DNA of 64,000 bases, taken from NCBI GenBank assembly GCA_942493235.1, contig OW818676.1, forward strand, positions 2,692,001 to 2,756,000, given 5' to 3'. The notes below the pieces were generated by a model. That model was given only the letters and a program-made list of their open reading frames with translations, ran no database searches and was not told where the DNA came from. Below, piece by piece: positions 53,232 through 63,485 of this stretch. The stretch is from an uncultured bacterium (GTDB lineage: Bacteria > Bacteroidota > Ignavibacteria > Kapaibacteriales > UBA2268). The translations under genes and the position numbers were made by a program. Position 1 is the stretch's first letter. Each line of letters opens with the position of its first letter.

Positions 53232-54455
53232 TTACAGCTTATTAATTCTTCCCAGAAATAGAATCGAATTACTTGTATTTTCTCTCAATACTATAATAAA
53301 AGGTCTATTTACTCTAATGAAAAAATTATCACTGACAGAAGTATTGTCAAATTGAATTGTAGTTACCGCCGCAGCTGTAGTACCGGCTTCATCAACTTCC
53401 ATAAATGTTTTATGTAAAATCTTACTTATAAAAATATCAAATGAATTAGTTATTTTTGAAAAATCAGCTGATTCTGAAAATGCGACTTTCATACCTAAAC
53501 TATATAATAAACTTTGAAGCTCAACTAAGTATTCGATTTTAAATTTAGGGAGGTATATTTCGCTTTCTTTAATTTTCATATTGCTGATAATATTATTATA
53601 TTTTTCAACTGTAAGCTCGTTTATATATTCATTAACAGAAGTTTCTTCATTTGGTAAGATGATTGTCATCGAATAATTGCCATTTCCGTATTTCAAATCC
53701 ATTGCTTGAACCTGAGCATCAGTATAGCAGCTAATTGCAGAATCTTTCATATACATCATATCTACTTGTGATTTCGCTCCTGAGAAATTAGTAAATTCAG
53801 CTTTGGCTGTTTTTTCTTTATCAAATTGCTTAACCCAGTCTGCTTTGAAATATATAGCATTGATTAAATACATTACTGCATTTGGGTCCATTTGCTCTAA
53901 TATTTTCTCGATTTTGCCATTTGTTTTATCCTTAACCCAATTATTTAATTCAGTCAATGTAGCAGGGGCTGAGAAATCTTTTGTAAAAGATTCTGCAGAA
54001 AAATACTTATTTAAAATATTCTGATAATTTGCTTCAACCTGCAAGGTAGGGACATTCCAGATTGAATTTGCCGAACTCAATTTTACTTTAGAATCGGAAT
54101 TAATAAGTAATTTAATTAGCTTAGAATAATCCTCATTATAATCACCGATTGCAATATTATTTAGATTGAGAACGCTTTTAATCTCGTCGGCTGTAGTACC
54201 GCTTGCCCCATTATAAGCCATCGATAAAGCAATATTTATGCTTAAAGGCGAAATCAGGTAATTAGTCTCGGAATCTTCATTTATCAATTTGAAGATATTA
54301 ATACCCGTTTGATTAGAAGAATTCGCAATAGACAATTGGTTTGCCGTCGGGGGCTCTACCACCTGTGTAACAACATTATTATCATCTTTGCACGAAATTA
54401 GAATCAGCAAAAAGAAACAAGTTAAAATGTTTAATTTTTTCATAATACACCTCAT
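53232..54455 (-). CDS. serpin-family lipoprotein, paralog 2. Probable start is MKKLNIL at 54443
   Basis: Highly similar to paralog 1 over most of its length. Same hinge and C-terminal signature, but a different reactive-centre loop (TIQFDNTSVSDNFFIRV versus LIDFRKNTNNSFYFNT). Confidence 0.85.
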   Translation of the reverse strand: MRCIMKKLNILTCFFLLILISCKDDNNVVTQVVEPPTANQLSIANSSNQTGINIFKLINEDSETNYLISPLSINIALSMAYNGASGTTADEIKSVLNLNNIAIGDYNEDYSKLIKLLINSDSKVKLSSANSIWNVPTLQVEANYQNILNKYFSAESFTKDFSAPATLTELNNWVKDKTNGKIEKILEQMDPNAVMYLINAIYFKADWVKQFDKEKTAKAEFTNFSGAKSQVDMMYMKDSAISCYTDAQVQAMDLKYGNGNYSMTIILPNEETSVNEYINELTVEKYNNIISNMKIKESEIYLPKFKIEYLVELQSLLYSLGMKVAFSESADFSKITNSFDIFISKILHKTFMEVDEAGTTAAAVTTIQFDNTSVSDNFFIRVNRPFIIVLRENTSNSILFLGRINKL

Positions 54456-54702
54456 ATATAGTAAAAAAAAATATCTATCAATAATATCGTTTTAAAATTG
54501 CAAAGGTTACAATTTATTACAATTTATTTTTCTTTATTGAATCTTTTTCAATATTATTGAGCGTCTTAATTTGAATTGATTTAGTTAAAAATACAATTAT
54601 GAATCCTTTTAATAATTAAAATATTACAATTCTTAACCGTCTCTATAATAATTGAAAATCGTAGTAGCTTATACATTAACTTATAATATTATTTTTTAGA
54701 AC

Positions 54703-57018
54703 ATGAAAATTAGAATAAAGTATTTAAAATTTTTGATATTTATATTTCTTATAACTACATATAGCAATATTTCCTCTAAAGAAATTACCGGTAATGTAAT
54801 TGGTAAAGACGGAGCAAACTTAGAATTTGTTCAAATAAAAATCAAAGAATTACAGAAACAGGCACAAACTAATATAAATGGTGAATTCAAATTCGAGAAT
54901 ATTGATGAATCTGCTTATTTATTTGAATTTTCGAGAGTAGGTGTTATTAAATTAGATACTTTGTTAAATACACGTACAACTAATAATTTCATAATCATCC
55001 TTGATAACGAAGCTACTAAGTGTGATAATATAATTATAACCGGCACTCGAACTGAAAAAGATATTAAATCGTCGCCAATACTTACACAAGTGTATTCATG
55101 TTCAGAAATACAGTCACATTCGGCGACTAATCTTAGTGAATTATTAGCTGCCTCTGCTTCTATGCAATTAATTAACAGCCATGGCAAAGGCATTCAGATG
55201 CAAGGCTTAGACCCGGCTTATACTGCTATTATGTTAGATGGTAATCCCTTGATTGGCAGAGAGGGCGGTACTCTGGACTTAGACCGAATCAATCTGAGCA
55301 ATATAAAACGCATCGAAATTATAAAAGGTGCAGTATCATCATTATATGGTTCTACTGCATTAGCCGGAGTAATAAATTTGATTTCTGACGAGCCGCAGTC
55401 GATACTTTCAACTAATACCTCAATTAAATACGAACAGAATAATACATTTAATGTAAGCTCTAATGTATCAAGCAAATTGCTTGATAATAAATTCAAAAAC
55501 AGCTTTGGTATAGATTACTCATATTGCGACGGATTTACAAATAATGATCTAAATTTAGGACTAATTGTACCAATATCTCATAATTTAACTCTTCAAGATA
55601 ATATCAAATATAATTTTAATGATGGTTTGATAGCTGGTATGTTTTTCAGATATAATTATTTATTGCAAGAAAATTCATATACTTCAATTATAAATGGGGT
55701 AAGCAATAAACTTGATGATAAAGGCAGCTTAGACGACTTAATGTATTCGGCTTCTATAGAAAAATCATTCGAGAAAATTGATTTCAATATAAAGTATAAT
55801 TATTCCGATTATAAGACAAAGTTGCAATATTTCTTCGCAGATACCGATGAATTAGAGTCTCAGGATATATTTCATCAATTCCTTCATAAAGTAGAATTAG
55901 TTTCTAATATTAAATATATTAAAGATATTAACTTTACTTATGGTATTGGGCTTGAATATGAAAAGGTAAATGCAGACAGAATCGAAATGAACTCAGACAA
56001 TACCCGCCTGCTATTTAGCTTTCTCCAAGCTGATTACAATGTAAATGATGATTTGAACATGATACTATCTGCCCGCTTTGATAAGCACAATGATTACCAA
56101 GAAAAGTTAAGTCCGAAATTTGCATTTTCTTATTCCGTATTTAATGACTTCTATATCAAGGCTTCTGTAGGAGCAGGGTTTAAAGCTCCGAGCTTCCAGC
56201 AATTATATATGAACTGGAACAATCCTCAAGTTGGCTATAGTGTATTTGGTTCTGCTTATTATGATCAAGGGCTAAAAAAACTCTTTGACCAAGGGCTTAT
56301 TATTCCCGAATCAATAACTTCTCAGACTGTTAAAAAACTAATGCCTGAATCATCAATTTCATATAATATTGGGTTTAATTTCAATTGGGAAATAATTGGT
56401 GTAAAAGCAAATGTTTTTCGCAACAATTTGACTGATATGATAGATGTAATCCCTGTAGCTCAAAAAACCAACAGTCAACAAGTATTTACTTACTTTAATC
56501 TCAATAAAGTTCATACGCAGGGTATAGAAGCAGATATTGATATTAATCTATATGATAATCTTAACTTATCCCTATCATATCAGTATCTTTCGGCAATTGA
56601 CGATTTAGTAATGGACAAAATTGAAAAAAAAGAAATATTCAAAAATGGTACAAACGGAATTTTCCGTGCTGTAACAAAAAGTGAATACGGAGGTCTATTC
56701 AACCGCTCCCCACATTCAATGAGTGCTAAAGTCGAATACCGTTTTGAAACTATCGGATTGAATGCAATTCTGCAAGGACTTTATAGGTCAAGATATGGAT
56801 ATGAAGATAATAATTCAAATTCAATTTTAGACGATGATTCGGAATATGCCGATGCCTATACACTTTGGGATATTTATTTGAATTATCAACTAAACGATAA
56901 TGTAATAATCAAAGGCGGAATCAAAAATATTTTTGACTATACTAACGAAAAGTTTTTGGTCTATAATGTTGGGTTTAAAGCTTTTATCTCTTGTGCTATT
57001 AAATTTTCTTTATTATAA
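54703..57018 (+). CDS. TonB-dependent outer-membrane receptor with an N-terminal carboxypeptidase-regulatory-like domain
   Basis: Signal peptide. Plug domain (IIITGTRTEKDIKSSPILTQV), 22-strand barrel features. The C-terminus lacks the usual terminal Phe, and the last ~30 codons overlap the next gene. Confidence 0.78.
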   Translation: MKIRIKYLKFLIFIFLITTYSNISSKEITGNVIGKDGANLEFVQIKIKELQKQAQTNINGEFKFENIDESAYLFEFSRVGVIKLDTLLNTRTTNNFIIILDNEATKCDNIIITGTRTEKDIKSSPILTQVYSCSEIQSHSATNLSELLAASASMQLINSHGKGIQMQGLDPAYTAIMLDGNPLIGREGGTLDLDRINLSNIKRIEIIKGAVSSLYGSTALAGVINLISDEPQSILSTNTSIKYEQNNTFNVSSNVSSKLLDNKFKNSFGIDYSYCDGFTNNDLNLGLIVPISHNLTLQDNIKYNFNDGLIAGMFFRYNYLLQENSYTSIINGVSNKLDDKGSLDDLMYSASIEKSFEKIDFNIKYNYSDYKTKLQYFFADTDELESQDIFHQFLHKVELVSNIKYIKDINFTYGIGLEYEKVNADRIEMNSDNTRLLFSFLQADYNVNDDLNMILSARFDKHNDYQEKLSPKFAFSYSVFNDFYIKASVGAGFKAPSFQQLYMNWNNPQVGYSVFGSAYYDQGLKKLFDQGLIIPESITSQTVKKLMPESSISYNIGFNFNWEIIGVKANVFRNNLTDMIDVIPVAQKTNSQQVFTYFNLNKVHTQGIEADIDINLYDNLNLSLSYQYLSAIDDLVMDKIEKKEIFKNGTNGIFRAVTKSEYGGLFNRSPHSMSAKVEYRFETIGLNAILQGLYRSRYGYEDNNSNSILDDDSEYADAYTLWDIYLNYQLNDNVIIKGGIKNIFDYTNEKFLVYNVGFKAFISCAIKFSLL

Positions 57019-57034
57019 ATTGAAAGGTTTTACT

Positions 57035-57658
57035 ATGAAAAAATTATTCTTTATGTTCTCTATTATGATTTCAGTAATCGCACTTTACTCCTGCTCAGAC
57101 GACGACAGTGTTACAGAAGCTATTGACCGCAGTAAACAAATTACTCCTGATACTGTGCTCAATTTCAAAACATACTATACAGGAACTGCAGATACAATTA
57201 CTTATTTTAGTTTACGCGAAAATATGAAAATTGACAGTTCAGATGTTAATACAGACAAATGGGATATTGCTTTTAATCGTACTAACATTTTTGTTAACTG
57301 TGGCTATCGCGGTCTGGCTCAAGGTGGAGCATTTCTTTTGAAGAATATAGATTTCTGGTCTGTAACAGAAGTCCCAGCCGACAGTACTTTTTATATTGAA
57401 TCCGAAGCCACAAAAGCTATTCCTACTTCCGGCTATGGATGGTATTCTTATGATTTCGACAAAACTGAAATAAAAGCTATACCCGGCAGAGTATTAATTA
57501 TTCGCACAGCCAACGGTAATTATGCAAAAGTTCAAATCTTAGGCTATTATAAAGGCTTTCCAGATAGTATTCCGGATGATGTTAACAATAGAGAAGAAAG
57601 ATATTATTCCTTTAGATATTCTTATCAACCTAACGGAACAAAAAGTTTTCTCAAGTAA
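57035..57658 (+). CDS. HmuY-like lipoprotein
   Basis: Lipoprotein signal (ALYSCSDDD). TDKWDIAFNR resembles the HmuY family. Position immediately downstream of a TonB receptor matches the hmuY-hmuR arrangement. RBS gaaagg. The ORF-track start at 56933 is upstream read-through. Confidence 0.4.
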   Translation: MKKLFFMFSIMISVIALYSCSDDDSVTEAIDRSKQITPDTVLNFKTYYTGTADTITYFSLRENMKIDSSDVNTDKWDIAFNRTNIFVNCGYRGLAQGGAFLLKNIDFWSVTEVPADSTFYIESEATKAIPTSGYGWYSYDFDKTEIKAIPGRVLIIRTANGNYAKVQILGYYKGFPDSIPDDVNNREERYYSFRYSYQPNGTKSFLK

Positions 57659-57775
57659 CATATCCTAATTAGGTTATATGATTGTTACTTGCTGAGTTTA
57701 CTTAATACATATAAAGTCCAATAGAATTAACAATTTTATTGGACTTTAAATTTAATAAGAACCTTATAAATAGAA

Positions 57776-57842
57776 AAAAGCTTGCAATTTAGTTTTGAAG
57801 AGCGAGGCTAAGTAGCAAGCTTTTTGTTTTTTGACGAACAAC
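57776..57842. terminator. bidirectional terminator between convergent genes
   Basis: aaaagcttgc ... gcaagctttt 10-bp stem followed by tttttgtttttt, and A-rich on the other side. A second perfect 11-bp hairpin (aaagtccaata/tattggacttt) lies at 57708-57742. Confidence 0.5.
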
Positions 57843-57969
57843 AACTTTTCAGTTGTGAAGAGAAAGATATTTCATTAGCTATATAAAATAGTATTTATTA
57901 ATCTCAGTTATCAACATATCTAAAGCCAAGAGTTGATAATAAACGTATCATTTCAAATACAAAATGATA

Positions 57970-59184
57970 TTATAATTGCTGAAGCATTTTTTTTGCTCTC
58001 GGAGCATATTGGCTTTTAGGATAATTAGTTAAAAATGACTGAAAAGCATCTTTAGCTGAATCAACTTTACCCATTCTAATAAAGGATTCACCTATCATAA
58101 TGCGAGCTTCAGCATTTTTAGGTGAACCATTATCATTAGCCGTTTTGTAGAAAAATTTAATAGCTTCAGAATAATTAGTTAATCTAAAATAGGACTCCCC
58201 TAACCAATAATTACAGTTAGAAAGTGTTTGATTATCATTAGATTTAGTCATAATTGTATTTAATTCGTTGATAGCTTTGTGATAATCTTTTTTAGCAAAA
58301 TAATCCAAAGCAGATTTAACGGAATTATTTAAGTCATTAGGAATATTTGTATTTGTTTGTACAGGTTTAGTTTCAATTTTTGTAGCAGCTTTGAAATTAT
58401 TAGGTTCCGCTTTTTTAGTGTTATTTGGTTTAATTTCAGACTTTTTATCAATTGATTTTTGAATATGGTTCAAATCATTATTGGTAGGTTTTACTTTTTT
58501 AGTTACCGGTTTAGTAATTTTCTTAGTATTATTTTTTGCAATTGGTTTAGCAGAAACATTTTTTTTACTTATCTTCTCGTCAGGTTGAACTACGGAATAA
58601 TCCTCCTCGATTATTTCTTCTTGTAGCTGTTCATCAGTCGGCTCATAATCATAATCATCTTCAGGTTCGATACCTTTTTGAGGAGTTTTTTCGGGTGAAA
58701 ATTTCAGAATAGTGATAGCATCTTTTATATCATCAATAGAGTTTTTAATTTCATTTACATCTGTTTGTAAAGTATTAACTTGCGTTTTTATTGATTCTTG
58801 GTCTTGAGCAAGCAAATTCATTTGCTCTCTGAGAGTAGGCAGTCTTTTAGCTGTAATGTCGATTGCGGACTGTGTGCTGTTAGATATGCTTTCGTCTTCA
58901 AAATCATCGGAATTAGAATTGGCTTTATTTAGTAAAGCTTTATTCGTCAATATTTTCTCCTCAAATTGAGAAATATTTCCGCTTACGGTATCAATTTTTT
59001 CGTAATTTTTTTTGCTTTTTTCTGCTTTAGAAATGCCTTGATAATTCTTAGATTTCACACTTCGCATATTTGAGCAGCCCGAAAAGGCGAATATCATACA
59101 AACGGCGGCGAATATTGCACAATAGAAGTATAATATTCTGTTTAATTTTTTCTCAATATTTGTAAGTCTATGTAACATAAGCAT
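57970..59184 (-). CDS. membrane-anchored coiled-coil / TPR protein, YbgF(CpoB)-like C-terminus
   Basis: N-terminal TM, Lys/Pro-rich linker, C-terminal TPR motifs (YWLGESYFRLTNYSEAIKFFY ... TNYPKSQYAPRA). Confidence 0.55.
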   Translation of the reverse strand: MLMLHRLTNIEKKLNRILYFYCAIFAAVCMIFAFSGCSNMRSVKSKNYQGISKAEKSKKNYEKIDTVSGNISQFEEKILTNKALLNKANSNSDDFEDESISNSTQSAIDITAKRLPTLREQMNLLAQDQESIKTQVNTLQTDVNEIKNSIDDIKDAITILKFSPEKTPQKGIEPEDDYDYEPTDEQLQEEIIEEDYSVVQPDEKISKKNVSAKPIAKNNTKKITKPVTKKVKPTNNDLNHIQKSIDKKSEIKPNNTKKAEPNNFKAATKIETKPVQTNTNIPNDLNNSVKSALDYFAKKDYHKAINELNTIMTKSNDNQTLSNCNYWLGESYFRLTNYSEAIKFFYKTANDNGSPKNAEARIMIGESFIRMGKVDSAKDAFQSFLTNYPKSQYAPRAKKMLQQL

Positions 59185-59295
59185 CTCCGAATATATTTAT
59201 TATATAATTATCTAATTCGTAAGTATATAATTCAATGATTGTGCCAATTAGATAGCATGAGGTTAAATATGATGGATTTTGATTAGAATGAGCTA

Positions 59296-62200
59296 CTATT
59301 TATCTTTAAATTTTAATTCAACTCGTCTGTTTTTTTGTCTTCCGGCTTCATTTTTGTTTTCTGCAATCGGATAGAGCGAACCTTTACCATTAGATAATAA
59401 ACGATTTTTATCGACACCTTTACTTGCTAAATATGTTCTAACTTCATTAGCACGGGTTTCTGAGACTTTTTGATGTTCTTCGGTACTACCAAATACATCG
59501 GTATGCCCCTCTATATAAAGTTTAATTTTAGGATTTGCAATCATATATGCAGCAATAATATTTAAGTAAGATTTTGAACCAGGGGATAAGTATGTAACTT
59601 TAGAGCCGGAATATCGAATTGCCTTTAAATTGTCAGGATTAGTCAATTCAGACGCTTGTGAATTAGCTAATTCAATTGGTTTGTTAGTATTCGGATTGAT
59701 AATTGTGTTAGCAGGAAGTTGTTCAGTTATAAGTGGTTGTTCAACAATATTAGGAGTAATATTTGTTTCGGAGATTGAATTTTTCAATACTTCACCTGCT
59801 ATTGTTTCATGAGTATCGTTAGTAGTATTCGATTTCAATAAAAAGTCTAAATTACTAATATAATCACCTTCGGTAGAAATACTTACATCAAATTCTAAGA
59901 ATTTAGGCTCGCTTTGACAATTCAACAAATTTAACTGAACTGAATCGACATAAGCTACATATTTATCAGGGATTAATTTATTAGCATAGAATGTACCGTC
60001 AGAGAACACTGGAACAATTTTTTTATCATCAATATTGTTTTTACTGACAATATGAATTTTAACTCCACTTTGCCCTTCTTTATTATTTTTTGAATCAAAA
60101 CGATAGACTGTTCCCTCTGCCATTCCAGACATATAGCATGGAATATCAATATTTTTAATTGAATTCGGGTCTGCAATAAATGCGAATTGAGATACTTTAG
60201 GTAATATATTCGGATTTTTGAAAGAATTATTTTTAACATATAGATTATATCTTCCGCCGGGTAGTAAATTCAAAACACGTTTTAGCCCCTTTTGGTCTCT
60301 TTCTATTGTAGCTCCCGGTACATATACGGAGCCATCTTCAATCTCTTCATCTGATTCATCAAATACTGCATTTGAGTTTCTGTCTATATAGAATCTAATA
60401 CTTGCACCGCCCGAACTTGACGAGCTAAATCCACCGCTATTACTAAGAAAGAGCTTGCCTTTGTTTGAATCAAACCTTAATGAACCACTAATATTTTCGG
60501 AATATGAATTATCTGAGCCTTGAGCGGACTGCATTGAAGAATTCATTCTGAAAATCGAAGTATTAACCATAGCAGACAAATTCAGAGAAAACATTTTTGA
60601 CTCTACTATATATTGACTTGAAATATTAAAATTAATAAGTCTTGCAATTTCTTGACTTATAGCAAAGCCAATTGAAGGAATTTTTTTTGTTTCAAATATA
60701 TAGCTGGAGTTAACTGACAATCTGGTATTACCCATAAATGATAGAAAAGAAGGCTTATCGTACCAACTATAATCAATTTGATAAAATAAATTCTGATTAA
60801 ATCTGTTTTCTGAATTTATTTTATCATAATTATTTGTAATTCCATATCTCGTAGAAATATAAAATTTTTGCAAATTAAATGCTAAGCTGAGATTGCCGCC
60901 ATTTGTAGCTGCATTATCGGTTTCAAGTCTATTTGCTCTGAAAGATATATTTACCGGCAAATTGAATAATCTCGGAAAGCCCCCCGATATATCATAGCTA
61001 CGGCTGGCTTTAGTATTATATTGTCCTTGATTATTATAAGAGTAAACGAAATCATAAGCTCCCATATTATCAAAAAATACTCTGATACCGGCTTTATAGA
61101 AATTATCCGGAGAAATTGAAGTATTCAGCAATACACTATTTAGAAGTCTTATTGAAGAATTATCTATGATGCTATAGCCTTTAGCTAAATACTCTTTTTC
61201 AAAACTGACTGAGTTAGTTAGCCAATTAGTAATACCGACAGAAACATTTGCACTACCAAAATATTTTTTATTTAGTATCTCTTGACCTGCTCCAATATTA
61301 TATTTGATTTCGCCGGGCACAAGAATTTCGCTTGGTACTGAGATAATATCTTTTTTGCTGACAAACTCTCCGTGAGGACCATAGATTCTGATTTCAGTAT
61401 TGGTATTGCCATATTTAATAGGTAAGTCAAATCTATAATAACCAAGATTATCAGACCGAGTCTGAGAATATAATTTGTCTGCTACATACAGCTCAACCTG
61501 CCAATCAGGTTCTATTTTATCTTCAATAATAAATGTAGTAAAAGCAGTGGGCATTTTAATTGATTCATTAGATATCTGAATGCCGAGCAAATTCCTACTT
61601 GATAGGTTTGAGTTAATTATTGAATTTCCTCTTGACTGACTATTGTTGATGCTTCCTAATGCAATTTGAGAAATGATATTATTCTCAGTAAAACTATATC
61701 GCCACCTATAATTATCATTTCTTGTGATATTTCTACTCTGATTATCATAATTGGTATTGATATTATATTGTACTTCTCCACCAAGCAACTGAAAACCTAA
61801 ATTTGCACCAAGACCGTAGTTTTGCCTGCTGTTGGACTGTGAACCAGTTAAATAATAATCAAGCATGCCGCCATCAATAAAATTCCAATCTCTACCATAG
61901 AGCAAGGGTAGCTCCGGATTATCAGCATTTTCGTTAAAAGAAAAGTTATTATATTTGTTGCTTCGTTCATCTTCTAATATCAAAGGGAATTTATAGTCGC
62001 TTATAATATAGATTTTCAATTGTTTGGGTTTAACAATTACATTGATATGGAATATCCTTTCAATAACTGATGGCAGTACATATATTTCTAACTCTGTTTT
62101 GACAAATTCTTCGGCATATATATTTGCATATTTTTGACTAATATCTAATATTGATAAATCTTTAGTATTAATTGAAAAACTTGAATCCTTATTAAAGACG

Positions 62201-62445
62201 AATCCTTTTACTTCATTTTTATCAGAAACATCATAATAGACTTTCAGCATGTTCAATAAGTCAAGTAGTGGAATATATACTGAATCTTTATAAATCACAG
62301 TGCTAACATCAATTGAAAAATAGGAATATTTTATAGTAAAAAGCCCCTCTTCGGCTCCTTCGGGCATGTAGTCAAGAGCTTTAAGGTTTATACTTGACAT
62401 ACAAAGTATAATTATAATTACGATATGTGTTAGTATTTGCTTCAA
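59296..62445 (-). CDS. giant OmpA-family outer-membrane protein (1049 aa), TTG start
   Basis: Signal peptide and a long beta-rich N-region. C-terminal OmpA-like domain (YIEGHTDVFGSTEEHQKVSETRANEVRTYL ... NRRVELKF). Confidence 0.75.
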   Translation of the reverse strand: MKQILTHIVIIIILCMSSINLKALDYMPEGAEEGLFTIKYSYFSIDVSTVIYKDSVYIPLLDLLNMLKVYYDVSDKNEVKGFVFNKDSSFSINTKDLSILDISQKYANIYAEEFVKTELEIYVLPSVIERIFHINVIVKPKQLKIYIISDYKFPLILEDERSNKYNNFSFNENADNPELPLLYGRDWNFIDGGMLDYYLTGSQSNSRQNYGLGANLGFQLLGGEVQYNINTNYDNQSRNITRNDNYRWRYSFTENNIISQIALGSINNSQSRGNSIINSNLSSRNLLGIQISNESIKMPTAFTTFIIEDKIEPDWQVELYVADKLYSQTRSDNLGYYRFDLPIKYGNTNTEIRIYGPHGEFVSKKDIISVPSEILVPGEIKYNIGAGQEILNKKYFGSANVSVGITNWLTNSVSFEKEYLAKGYSIIDNSSIRLLNSVLLNTSISPDNFYKAGIRVFFDNMGAYDFVYSYNNQGQYNTKASRSYDISGGFPRLFNLPVNISFRANRLETDNAATNGGNLSLAFNLQKFYISTRYGITNNYDKINSENRFNQNLFYQIDYSWYDKPSFLSFMGNTRLSVNSSYIFETKKIPSIGFAISQEIARLINFNISSQYIVESKMFSLNLSAMVNTSIFRMNSSMQSAQGSDNSYSENISGSLRFDSNKGKLFLSNSGGFSSSSSGGASIRFYIDRNSNAVFDESDEEIEDGSVYVPGATIERDQKGLKRVLNLLPGGRYNLYVKNNSFKNPNILPKVSQFAFIADPNSIKNIDIPCYMSGMAEGTVYRFDSKNNKEGQSGVKIHIVSKNNIDDKKIVPVFSDGTFYANKLIPDKYVAYVDSVQLNLLNCQSEPKFLEFDVSISTEGDYISNLDFLLKSNTTNDTHETIAGEVLKNSISETNITPNIVEQPLITEQLPANTIINPNTNKPIELANSQASELTNPDNLKAIRYSGSKVTYLSPGSKSYLNIIAAYMIANPKIKLYIEGHTDVFGSTEEHQKVSETRANEVRTYLASKGVDKNRLLSNGKGSLYPIAENKNEAGRQKNRRVELKFKDK

Positions 62446-62468
62446 TTTTTAAATGTAGATTATAATAT

Positions 62469-62618
62469 TTGATTGATAATTCTTTTACAGTTAATGTTTT
62501 TATTGAAAATATTATTTTTGATAATGTCTTTATTAATAATAATTTTATTGATAATAACATAATTTATAATGTCTTTATTTATCATAACTTTATTGATAAT
62601 ATTGTTATTGATAATGTA
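62469..62618. repeat. ten tandem copies of a degenerate 15-bp unit (consensus tttattgataatRtY) in the 5' region of the giant OmpA gene
   Basis: Units: ttgattgataattct, tttacagttaatgtt, tttattgaaaatatt, atttttgataatgtc, tttattaataataat, tttattgataataac, ataatttataatgtc, tttatttatcataac, tttattgataatatt, gttattgataatgta. Confidence 0.7.
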
Positions 62619-62636
62619 TTAAAAGTGCATAGAAAT

Positions 62637-63464
62637 TTATTGCACTACGAAATCAAATGTTTTTTTCATTTTTTCAAAAGGAACTCTTTTATCTTCCGGA
62701 ACATCAGCCTGTTCGTTAGTCAATATAATTTCAGCCTTATAATTACCGGGTTTTAGGATATTCTTTTCAACTGGAAATGCTTTTACGCCTTGAAAATACG
62801 CTGCAAATGTTTCTTCTATTATTTTTACTTCATCACCATTGCTATCGTAAATTCTAATTTTACTAGTTCCAAAAAACGGTGAATTACCTTCGCGATAGAA
62901 AGACAGTAACAAGTTTATCATATTACTATCAGTTCTGGCTGTGAAAGAATCAATATTGACTTTAGTATTAAGTTTTCCTTTTTGAAAAATAAAAGCTGAC
63001 ACCATATTAAATTTAATACTAAGACCAACAGATACTTTATCAGTGATATTAGTAGAATCAATTTGTTTTTTTACGTCCTTACTTTCAGTAACTATACGAG
63101 TCCAATATGTACCGTCTGCTAACGCATTAGTATTTTTTACCATAAACTTTACAGTTTGGCTGGTGCCGGGCTGAATAATAAGTTTTTTCGGATAAACCGT
63201 AATAAAAGGAGATATTGAGTTGTCTTTAGAAGTAATCGTATCTTCCATATTTAACTTACTTTTACCGGTGGAATCATAATCAATATAGCCATAATTGAGT
63301 TTAATATTGATTTCTTTAGGTTCAATACCTTGGTTAAATATTGTCATATCACCGGTACGGGAATTATTATCAACAAACAAAACTAAGGGAGACACTGCAA
63401 TCTGCCCATAGGAATAATAGAAAGAAAACAAAAATAGTCCGAATAATAATAAGAAACGCTTCAT
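62637..63464 (-). CDS. hypothetical secreted protein
   Basis: Signal peptide MKRFLLLFGLFLFSFYYSYGQ, beta-rich, 275 aa. Confidence 0.45.
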   Translation of the reverse strand: MKRFLLLFGLFLFSFYYSYGQIAVSPLVLFVDNNSRTGDMTIFNQGIEPKEINIKLNYGYIDYDSTGKSKLNMEDTITSKDNSISPFITVYPKKLIIQPGTSQTVKFMVKNTNALADGTYWTRIVTESKDVKKQIDSTNITDKVSVGLSIKFNMVSAFIFQKGKLNTKVNIDSFTARTDSNMINLLLSFYREGNSPFFGTSKIRIYDSNGDEVKIIEETFAAYFQGVKAFPVEKNILKPGNYKAEIILTNEQADVPEDKRVPFEKMKKTFDFVVQ

Positions 63465-63485
63465 CTCGATTCCTTTTAGAAAATG

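Noticed and set aside
56933-57034. N-terminal 34 codons of the ORF-track call 56933..57658
   Set aside because: Read-through overlapping the TonB receptor C-terminus. The ATG at 57035, with a gaaagg RBS and a lipoprotein signal peptide, is the credible start.
62469-62756. 95-aa ORF MIDNSFTVNVFIENIIFDNVF...
   Set aside because: Its repetitive NV/FIDN peptide is simply the translation of the 15-bp tandem DNA array. It also overlaps the C-terminus of the 275-aa minus-strand gene.
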